Positions 54,701 through 64,000 of a stretch of 64,000 nt of DNA are shown one piece after another. The notes under the pieces were generated by a model, which was not told the origin of the DNA, searched no databases, and saw only the letters and a program-made list of their open reading frames with translations. Made by a program: the position numbers and the translations under genes. Source of the DNA: Azolla caroliniana (lineage: Eukaryota > Plantae > Polypodiophyta); the NCBI GenBank assembly GCA_043228905.1, contig JBHGNT010000017.1, forward strand, positions 1,550,001 through 1,614,000, in the 5' to 3' direction. Within the stretch, counting starts at the first letter, position 1; each line of letters opens with the position of its first letter.

Positions 54701-57700
54701 TTGAAAAGTGCTTCTTTCTTTGCTGGGATTGCAGATTATAACCAGAAGATGATATCTTGCATGGTCCTTCTGAAAACAGAATTGGAATTCCTGCATTCAA
54801 AATTTTCTGCCTCAATAGAGATCAGTTTCATTCTCTCATTTTATTCCTGATAGTAGAGACCTGAACTTATTAATTGTTAAGGCCAGATTTAAGGGTTTTG
54901 ACAAAACAAAATGCACCTGTGCTTCTCAGTTGCACCCCACATGGTAATAACCCTGCATTTGTTGTTTGTAAACTGTTCGTTTAGTAATATCTTTTTTCTA
55001 CCTTGTGCAGTGTATGAGAAATTATTTTTTGTTAAGTAATCCTTCCTTTTGGCCCTTGAGCAATCATCCCAAATTGTTTTAAGAAAAGTAGAAAAATTAA
55101 TTTTCTTTCTGCAGGATCCTACTACAGTGGAAGCATCGACAAGGACTCTTCCTCCATCTGCTCTTGGTGATGCATCGAATTTCGATGCATCGACTTTTCT
55201 AGAGGCAAATAGAGGAAAACCATTGCCTGCTATTGTGGAACAAGTGCGAGATGGAAGCACTGTGAGGGTATATTTACTTCCAGAGTTCCAATATGTTCAA
55301 GTGTTTATTGCTGGAATTCAGGTAAATGTTTTGTCTCTGATGCTCCGATATACACATTGTTTTTGTTATTTGACTTACTGGTTTAGGCATTCATTCTTGG
55401 GTCTGTACGTTTGTAGTCTCCATCCATGGGAAGGCGAAGTACTGCAAGTGAGAGCCAAACATCTACAGACAATGGGGAGGCAGAGCCTGTGGATGGCACT
55501 AGCTCAACGGCAGTTCTCACTACTGCCCAAAGATTAGCTGCATCAAATGGTGTGGAAATTCCACCAGACCCATACGCAAGGGAGGCAAAGCATTTCACCG
55601 AAGTTCGGACCTTGCATAGAGATGTAATGAACCTTTCATTAAGTTTGCATCTGTAGGGATAAATATGGATTATATTTGTATTTGCACCGTGTGTTCATTT
55701 TGGTAACTTGGTGATACAGGTGAGAATTGTTCTAGAAGGGGCAGACAAGTTCAGCAATTTAATAGGTTCTTTGCATTACCCGCATGGTGATTCACCTGTA
55801 GATTTGTCTCTGGAACTGCTAAAAAATGTGAGTGTTTCTTGATGTAGGAGAATTTGCTGTAATCTAGAATTCTATGTATCCTCTAATACATCACTTGTCA
55901 TGTAAGGGGCTAGCAAAAGTTGTTGAGTGGAGTGCCAAACTTTTAGATGAAGAATCTAGGCGGTCTCTGAAGAACACAGAATTGATTGCAAAAAAAGAAA
56001 AGCTTCGGTTGTGGGCTAACTATGTACCTCCCCCATCAAACTCAACAGCTATTCATAATGACAACTTTAAAGGCAAAGTAAGTGGAATAGCCTCAGTATA
56101 ATATCAAAGGAACTTATGACAAGTCATTTCTCATGTGATGGTTCAAAACGGATTTGCTTTCCGTTGACAGGTCATTGAGGTTGTCAGTGGAGATTGTATT
56201 ATAGTTGCTGATGACACCTTACTTATTGGAAGTCCATTGGCGGAACGCAGGGTCAATTTATCAAGTATACGAGCTCCCAAGATGGGGAGGAAGGGTGAAG
56301 ACCCATCGCCTTATGCCAGAGAAGCAAAGGAGTTTCTACGGACTCGTCTAATAGGGCAGGAGGTTAGGGTCCATCATTTGGATGTCTTTCTTACTAAATA
56401 AATTCATGTAGCGGAAATAGAAATGACGCAAACTTAGGAAGCCACTTTGTTTGGAGCAGTATATGTTCGTGTCAGCTGCAAATTGATTAAGTGGAACTGA
56501 ACTGCTTTTGTTTTCTTGGTTAGTGTACCCATGGAACAATGGCCTGTTGGAATGTTTTTGTTAGTGAGGCGTTTTCGTCATGAGTTTTAATCTTGCTAAT
56601 GAGTCTATCTTTGTAAGGCTTGTTCATCATGACTTGCAACCTGGCTAATGAGTTCGTCTTAGTTTCTCTAGGTTTCTGTATTGATGGAGTATACTCGCAA
56701 GGTAACAGCAGCAGATAGCCTGTTACCTGTTCCCAGTATGGCTACAGGGGATGCAAGGATAATGGATTTTGGTTCTGTGTTTCTGCCATCTACATCAAGG
56801 GCGGATGCTCAGGATATAGCTCCTGCCCTTCCTGTGGCAGGGCAACCTGATGGTATAAATGTTGCAGAAATGGCGGTTGCTAGAGGATATGCGACTGTTG
56901 TCAAGCATCGAGATTTTGAGGATAGATCTAACTTCTATGATGCACTGCTTGCTGCTGAGGCAAGAGCTAGGAAGGGAAAGAAAGGCTTGCATTCTGAGAA
57001 AGAGCCTCCTCCATATCACATCAATGACCTGTCTAGTCAGGTATGTCTCTGCTCATAATGTAGCTTCTTTACCTTAAAAATTGCTGCATGGTTGCTATCT
57101 TTGGTACTAGCCCTTGTCACCATGCAATGAAGTTCCATATTGGTGTAGTCTTCATTAGTGTAATGTCTTGAATGCTGTACCTTTTTTTCACGCCCTTGTC
57201 ATTGTCTAATTAAAGCTCTATATCGTGGAGTCTTCATAGGTTGATGTATAAATGTTTCAAATGTTATCTCAATTTATGCGGAGCTTATACATAATTTGAA
57301 AGCTTGGTGAATCAATTTTGTTCTTGTTTCGAGCAGGTAGCTCAGAATCCCCTGTCAAACCAGAATGGACAGAAAGCACAGAGCGCAGCTCAAAAGGGAC
57401 AAAATCTGGCGGCTAAGGCAAAGCAGTTTTTACCGTTCCTTCAGAGATCCAAAAGGCTCCCTGCCATTGTAGATTATGTACTAAGTGGCCATCGTTACAA
57501 GCTAGTCATACCAAAGGAGACTTGTGCCATTGCATTTTCTTTGTCTGGTGTTCGTTGTCCGGGTCGTGGAGAACCCTATGCAGATGACGCTTTAGCATTT
57601 ATGCGCCGTAGAATACAACAACGAGATGTTGAGGTATTCAATGGGTATTAAATGAATTATCTCCCTAAATTGGAAGACTGGGATTAGAGGATCTGTGTGG

Positions 57701-59576
57701 TGTTTATACCCTTTCTTGTTATTAAGAATCAAATTTGTTCTGGACTGTTTTGATTTGTATGGACAGATTGAGATTGAGAATGTTGATAGGACTGGAACAT
57801 TTTTAGGTACCTTGTGGGAATCCAAAATGAATGTGTCTGTCCTCCTACTAGAAGCAGGTTTAGCCAAGCTTCAGCCATTTTTTAGTTCCGAACGCATAAC
57901 AGAAGGCCATCTTCTTGCGCAAGCTGAGGAAAGAGCCAAGAAATCATTGTTAAAGGTAACTCCATAGCATTCTGGCTGAGGAAATGCAACCAGAAATGCT
58001 AGGCATATCAAAATGGTAAAATCAAAATACTGGTTACCAAATGATGCATCAAAGAACCCTGAAAAATCCTAATTATCAACTTCGGCATGAGAATTCACTA
58101 CTGTTTAATGTTCTCTACAGGTTTGGGAGGGATATGTGGAAGGTCAAGAAGCCGATGTTTCTCTATCGGATTCTGCAAAGCCAAAGCAGGAAGTTCTGCA
58201 GGTAATTTATAGGGTGCTTTTAGGGTTTTTAGTTTGGCTCATTGTGACAACTTCTTCATAAGACAAAGATATCCACTGGAAAAAAACTGATCCAATCTGC
58301 AATGTAGTAACTTCAACCTTTGTATTACGCAATCAGTTTGAGCAAACTAAAATCTATCTGTGCAGATTAGAGTAACTGAAGTTATGGGTGGAGGCAAGTT
58401 CTATGCACAGTTGGCCAATGATGCTCGTGTTTCTGGTCTCCAGTTACAGTTGGAAGGACTAAGAGTGAAGGACAAATCCCTCACACCAATCAATTTTGAA
58501 CCCAAAAAGGGCGACATAGTCATGGCACAATTCAGTGTTGATGGATCCTGGAACCGTGTGCTGGTGAGGAAATTATACCCCTGAGAATATTTGTCCACAT
58601 TTGACTATCTTCTGTAATAGATTTGCTTTGCTTTGTGGTGTGTAGATAGTCAATGCTCCACGGCAGTCTTCATCAGAAGCCAGCAAAGATGAATATGAAG
58701 TCTTTTATATTGATTATGGAAATCAGGAGAAGACTATATTTTCAAAGCTTAGGCCCCTAGATACATCAATTTCTTTGGCCACACCTGGTCTAGCATTACT
58801 ATTTAGCCTTGCATATGTTAGGATACCTGAGCTGGAGGATGATTATGGTCAGGAAGCAGCTGAGTACCTTAGTAGCCTGATTGGAGAAAGGGTTTTTATG
58901 GCTAAAGTGATTGAAAAAGACACATCGGGTGGGAAAGTGAAAGGCCAAGGAACCGGTACCAAGCTGAGTGTCATTCTTTACGAGGCTGAGCCAACTGAAT
59001 CCATAAATATTTTGATGCTTGAGGTGTGTTGATTTTAGTTGGGTTTCATGCTCATGCTTTTGCTTAGTCGTTTATCCTTTATGAGATTGATGACTGTCTG
59101 AAACTGTTCAGCAGTGCTTGGCATGCTCTCTGAGCAGTCATTACTATATTTGTTAAATTGGTAACATTTGGTAACTTAGCATTGGTAACATTTGGTAACT
59201 TAGCATAAGTCAATTACTGTGGTTAAACTGATCAAATGTCAACTTATCATAAAATTATAGTCCAAAGTCAATTTATGACCGTTTGGAATGACAATTGGCA
59301 ATTGGTTAAAATTCCCTAATGAAATGACTATGGTTTTCCTTTTAACTTTTTCTTGTGATGATACTCTGTTTTAATGATGTGTCATTGTCATTCCAGGCTG
59401 GGCTCTCTAGAGTAGAGAAGAAGAACAGGTGGGATCCCAAAGAAAAACAGGCAGAGCTTGAAAAGTTTGTAGAATTCCAAGAAGTGGCTAAAAAGCAACG
59501 GTTGAACATTTGGCACTATGGTGATATTGGGTCTGATGAAGAGGACAATGCTAGTTCTCGGGGAAGCCGTCGCTGA
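51797..59576 (+). CDS. TSN: Tudor staphylococcal nuclease (Tudor-SN/SND1), ~1002 aa
   Basis: Exons 51797-51931, 52574-52648, 53790-53903, 53981-54088 (GC donor), 55115-55321, 55417-55623, 55720-55827, 55907-56077, 56171-56362, 56672-57040, 57337-57633, 57767-57955, 58121-58201, 58366-58563, 58646-59023, 59397-59576. Motifs WLRGTVKSVPSGDSL, PPEKTITLSSL, DPFAWESREFLRKKCIGK, Tudor AQFSVDGSWNR..VFYIDYGNQE, IWHYGDIGSDEED. Confidence 0.97.
52660..53750. repeat. Highly degenerate ~45-bp satellite filling Tudor-SN intron 2
   Basis: Recurring ATGGGTTTAGGATT.GTTTAAGGCTGG..TGCTCATGTTAAA-like unit. Confidence 0.6.
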
Positions 59577-61491
59577 TCTATACATGGCATTTAAATTGTT
59601 GTTGACTTAGAAGTGTTCAGCAGAAGTCATGAGAGGGTTTGCTTGCCTTTATGATAATGATGTACACCTATACAAAGTTCATTTCCGGGTGTAGAGAAGT
59701 TTTGCTTATGTAGCAAATAAGTGTAGTTTCTCTCTCGTAATTATACTTTGAATTTATCACATCATGATTGATCTCCAAAAGAGGCATTTGCTTATCAAAT
59801 CATTACTTTGTCTTTCTGTACAGTTTGGATCCCCTCATTATTCCATTTTTTATACGGTGTTGTAATGTCCTTAGTCGACTTGAATGAATTGAAACATTGA
59901 GCAATGTTTGGCTTCACTTAGGACAACTTTTGCCTAAGTACCACTTCAAAGCAAAAAAGTTACATGAACATGCTTCCGATTGCTACTTCACAGGCATCGA
60001 TAAAACCCATGGAACTTTGTTCGAGGTTCTAATTGTTGTGGGAATATTTGGAGTGCATAGTAACGGAGTCTCTTTGGGTTTATTGAATTCTCATCTCCTC
60101 ATTTAAGTTTAGAAGAGAGTATCCTCATGAAGCATCTATAAAAAAGGGTTTTCTTCCCAAACCTTATCATTTAAATAGTGACACCTTGAATACCATCCAT
60201 TGATTAGTAGGAATGACAAGGTGGAGAACTTGTAAACCTTAGGGGGAAGACCTTATCATTACAAATGTAAATGAGAGAGAAATGAAAGTACTTAAATAGA
60301 ATCAACATGAATGTACTTAAATATAATCAACACTTGTCATCAATCAACTTCTCTCATGCTTCAATGCTTTCTTCCTCTCTATCTAGCCTCCTTTCATTTC
60401 CATTTGGTAGTCAAGTCCGCAACATCAACCTTGCTTTTTCGGCACCGCAACGGTCTTGATCATTACACAATTTTCATTAAGTCATAAACCATGTCACATT
60501 GGGATTTTGTGAAGCGTCAAGTAATTAGGTTTGATGAGCATAAACACAATGCCTTTAATTCAATTGTTTGGAGAAGAAGACATACAAAAATCAAATATAG
60601 GGCTATTCTAATTAGGGCATGTCCATTGATAAACAAGTGAATACTTCTTATTGAGTCCACAAACAAATGGTGCCAAATTTGAAGTTTCTTTTTTACTATT
60701 TATCGTAGGAAGTATCTACCTCGTTGGTTCGTCACTCTGAGGCTTGGGTAGATTAATGCCCTCTGTATGGTGAGTCGGGCAAGAGAGTGTCAATCACCCT
60801 TGAGCTCGTTGACGAATAGACTAGTTCACTCGTAGAAAAGTAGTCTCACCTAAAAATATTCACTTGTAACAGAATTAAATTATAAGATGTTATTGGCACC
60901 AGGACTTAACCTAGGTAGCATACACATTTTATTAATGACTTAATCAATACACACATGCACAAAATCATTCGAAAACAACCATCTCTATCAATTTAACCAC
61001 TTTGTGAAGCCACCCACTCTCTCATGCAAAGAGGTTAACTGCAAAAAATTAAGATTTGAGCATTAGAATATTAATGAGGATAAAGGAGTACCGATACATG
61101 TTAAACCGAAATGTGGAATTTAAATGGGTTCACATAAAACCAAGACTCTCTACAATTTGTTTAGTACATCCCTTACCACAGTTGGCATGATTCGTTGATT
61201 GTGTCCCTCTAGTGGTCTTGCAACATGGATAATTTACTTATGATTCACTCCATTCTTGAGTTGGGAGGCAAAAATGTGATATGCCACATGTTGAAAAGAG
61301 ATCAAGGCACTTTAGTGTGGAGATAAGTGGCGGCGTCATGGACGAATCGTCACATGAGCTTTGGAGTGTAAAAGCTTGCGGAAAGGTTAGTGGGTTGTAT
61401 GGTACTATAATTGTTGTTGTTGTCTCGTGTTCGAAGAGGGGAAGTAAGGTCAATGTACTAGTTAGAGACATAGATAGATATATGTATATAT

Positions 61492-61532
61492 ATCCCACAT
61501 ACAAAATCACTTTTTGGTGTCTCCTATAAGTA
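61492..61532 (+). promoter_or_regulatory. U2 snRNA promoter: USE ATCCCACATAC (-66) and TATAAGTA (-33)
   Basis: Matches plant USE consensus RTCCCACATCG; 22-nt spacer to TATA. Confidence 0.88.
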
Positions 61533-61557
61533 TGGAAGTAGAAGCTCAGAAGAAATC

Positions 61558-61760
61558 ATACCTTTCTCGGCCTTTTGGCTAAGATCAAGTGTAGTATCTG
61601 TTCTTATCAGTTTAATATCTGATACGTGGCCTATAAGGTCACATGATATTAACCTAATTTCTTTCATGGGGGCAGCACCCGTTCGAGGCAGCTTGCTGTC
61701 TCTGGGAGCTGCGTGCGTCGCCTCGGTATTGCACTGACGCCGAGGTCATATAGGCGCGCC
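61558..61760 (+). ncRNA. U2: U2 spliceosomal snRNA
   Basis: Canonical plant 5' sequence ATACCTTTCTCGGCCTTTTGGCTAAGATCAAGTGTAGTATCTGTTCTTATCAGTTTAATATCTGATA (branch-point pairing GTAGTA); stem IIb; stem-loop III with GCTTGC; stem-loop IV CCTCGG-TATTGCACTGACG-CCGAGG. 3' end approximate. Confidence 0.97.
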
Positions 61761-62289
61761 CCCCCTCCCCCAACTACAAACACGAACAAAATGTTATTTC
61801 TTGAAGTATAAATGATGAATAAATCAATAATGCAAGCAATAGGTAGTGTAAGGCTGGTAAATAACTGCCCGTTTGCCTACAGTTCCAATGGTTGGGGTAC
61901 CCATGATTCTACACACCCGTATCATGGTAAGACTTTGGCGGCATCTAGCATGTCCAGGAGTGATCAGGGTTGTATAGACATGCCATGTGATGCTTCCTAC
62001 CCGACTGATGTATATATATATATTTATGCCTCATATCCACTCCATGATTCTATCTGACTATTATATATTTGCCTCCATCTTTACCCTATCGTTTGTTTAT
62101 CCATGACGACTCCACCCCAGCTGTGCTAATTTACATCACATACATGTACTCCCTCTACCCCGTCACGTCTGTTATTTACATAACCTACATCTAAAGTATA
62201 TACACCCCATACGTCATTTACACATTACGCAGTCCAGGTAGACTCAATTTTCGGACATTCAGAGTTTAATTGATTGGAGATTATTTGAG

Positions 62290-62348
62290 AAGGGGGCCGC
62301 GCGAACGTGAGCCCCCACAGCCACAAATTATGACCTGCACTCTCCCAC
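62290..62348 (-). pseudogene. 5'-truncated U1 snRNA copy (3' half of SL3, Sm site, SL4)
   Basis: Reverse complement GTGGGAGAGTGCAGGTCATAATTTGTGGCTGTGGGGGCTCACGTTCGCGCGGCCCCCTT differs at 3 positions from the full U1; it shares the TCAAATAATC 3' flank. Confidence 0.9.
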
Positions 62349-62371
62349 CCAGACTGGTTTATATATATGGC

Positions 62372-62658
62372 TCCATTTACAATTCCATGATGCTCTCGCG
62401 CTATTATATATATACATTCATTTCTCCATGACAATCAGAGGAATTACATTCATTTACAATTCCATGATACTCTCTTATCTCTCTATTCTATATATAGATC
62501 CATTACCATGATAGCTAGTTTGTTGAATTTTGGATTATTTTCCGCTGGGAATTGGGTGAGGAATTACATTCATTTACAATTCCATGATACTCTCTTCTCT
62601 CTCTATTCTATATAGATCCATTACGATGATAGCTAGTTTGTTGAATTTTGGATTATTT
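62372..62658. repeat. Tandem duplication of U1 downstream flank (~120-bp offset; two close copies and one diverged)
   Basis: GAGGAATTACATTCATTTACAATTCCATGATAC... at 62438 and 62558; diverged CATTTACAATTCCATGATG at 62373. Confidence 0.88.
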
Positions 62659-62662
62659 GAGA

Positions 62663-62826
62663 AGGGGGCCGCGCGAACGCGAGCCCCCACTGCCACAAAT
62701 TATGACGTGCACTCTCCCACATTGGGGAGATGCTAGGGCAAACAGCCCCTCCGGCAGTGCAATGGAGGCGCCGGCCCTAAGCCATCGGCCTTGCTGATCA
62801 CCGATAGACCCCGCCCAGGTAAGTAT
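62663..62826 (-). ncRNA. U1: U1 spliceosomal snRNA (~164 nt)
   Basis: Reverse complement ATACTTACCTGGGCGGGGTCTATCGGTGATCAGCAAGGCCGATGG..CCTCCATTGCACTGCCGGAGG..ATAATTTGTGG..GGGGGCTCGCGTTCGCGCGGCCCCCT: 5'ss-recognition end, SL1, U1A loop AUUGCAC, Sm site AAUUUGUG, UUCG-capped SL4. Confidence 0.97.
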
Positions 62827-62850
62827 GTTTAGCTGCTGCTCAAACCACTC

Positions 62851-62891
62851 AATTTATAGCTCCCTTCCTCCCCGTCCTCTCTATGTGGGAC
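62851..62891 (-). promoter_or_regulatory. U1 snRNA promoter: USE GTCCCACATAG (-65) and TATAAATT (-32)
   Basis: 10/11 match to RTCCCACATCG; 22-nt spacer to TATA. Confidence 0.9.
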
Positions 62892-63299
62892 AAATAGAAG
62901 ATATACTCTATCTACACTTTTCCATTTCTGCTCTTTTTTGTATTTATTCGCCATGGCCCATGACACACACGGTGGGGCCGTGCCTACAAATTACGAAACT
63001 TTTTCTCGACTATTTCATGGTGTTTCCACATGGTCGACAAATAGTTTATGCATGTGGAGTTACATTAGGGAAAATGCATCGAATGCATGGCTCCCCCCAA
63101 CGCCGAGAAGTGTGCCTTAATGTCTCGATTGAATGACTCCTCTGTCCAAGAAAGTTTACAGTTATCCTCCAAGCCACGACACCAACAAAATGTCCACATG
63201 TAGTCTTCATTCCTTGGGCAAATTCACTTGTGACGACACATCTTGGCACTTTGTTGCACAAGATTTCCTGCGCATGGACAATGGTTGATCGAAAAAACA

Positions 63300-64000
63300 T
63301 ACAATGAACTTTGGGTTGTGTTCTTAGAAGCATCAAAGAATCAACCATCGGTCTAGAACAAAAAGTTTCATGTTACCTGAGCGTATGTCATACGGATTCC
63401 CACTTCCATCATTTCGACCCACCCTGCACAAATTCTCTGATGTTTGTATGCAACATTTGAGGCACGTGGAATACTGTCAATCCCAATTTGTACAACATTC
63501 ACACCCATCGCACTAATCTTATGGTTAACATGGGTTACACCACCACATATCATAATGGGATGTAGTCAATGTGGAATATCGACGTTCTCTCGTCATGGGT
63601 GGTACTATAACATGTTCTTGTTATCGATAATATTTAGTGGGCCCTACTCGGTTGTTGAATGGTTTCCTTGTACTACGGCAACAATGTGTGAGTTCTTGCT
63701 TCAAAACACCATATGCCTATACGGGTGTGTGGAGAATGTAGTGGCAAGCATGTGAGAGTTCAATGCCAATGAAGCCACATAGCTCTTCGAGCAACTAGGA
63801 GTTAACCTATCCCTTACGATTGCTTAATAGCCCATTTAAGCCAATGGGAAGATAGAGCTTGGGCACGGTCCGATAAACAAGGCTATTGGCTGAGCTTGTG
63901 AATGAAGGGATGGTGATTGGCCTCCTTGTGGGTCGAGAGGACCACCCACAACTCATCAAAAGGGTTCATGCCAACTGAGCTCGTGTATGGTCTAAAGGTG
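63300..64000 (+). mobile_element. Decayed Ty3/gypsy pol (integrase) relic, continuing off the window
   Basis: FLLQNTICLYGCVENVV, ANGKIELGHGPINKAI and SLWVERTTHNSSKGFMPTELVYG resemble integrase core motifs (ICRYG, NG..ER, ALWAYRTT..TPF.LVYG), interrupted by stops. Confidence 0.75.

Noticed and set aside
59136-59329. Possible MITE in the last Tudor-SN intron
   Set aside because: Only a 9-bp imperfect inverted repeat and a short tandem duplication; no TSD.
62816-62826. Perfect 5' splice site CAGGTAAGTAT suggesting a plus-strand exon
   Set aside because: It is the reverse complement of the U1 snRNA 5' end.

Overview
Land-plant nuclear DNA; the protein divergence and TE types suggest a fern or other non-seed vascular plant (inference). 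Six protein genes, with exons reconstructed by hand: SR45 splicing factor (-, runs off the left edge), a PIRL intracellular LRR protein (-), exportin-T/PAUSED (+, 13 coding exons), an intronless GC-rich secreted LRR protein (+), a RIN4/NOI-domain protein (+) and Tudor-SN (+, 16 exons, one GC-AG intron). Not shown in the ORF track is a convergent pair of spliceosomal snRNA genes, U2 (+, 61558) and U1 (-, 62826), plus a 5'-truncated U1 copy. Both snRNA genes have a USE-TATA spacer of 22 nt, about one helical turn shorter than angiosperm Pol II snRNA promoters and close to Pol III geometry, and the U2 has an aberrant Sm site. Intergenic DNA holds a TSD-flanked, 5'-inverted (twin-priming-like) LINE insertion, a 985-bp LTR mini-element with a tRNA-Ala PBS, other LINE and Ty3/gypsy relics, a hAT-type MITE, a processed MAPK pseudogene and several tandem repeats.
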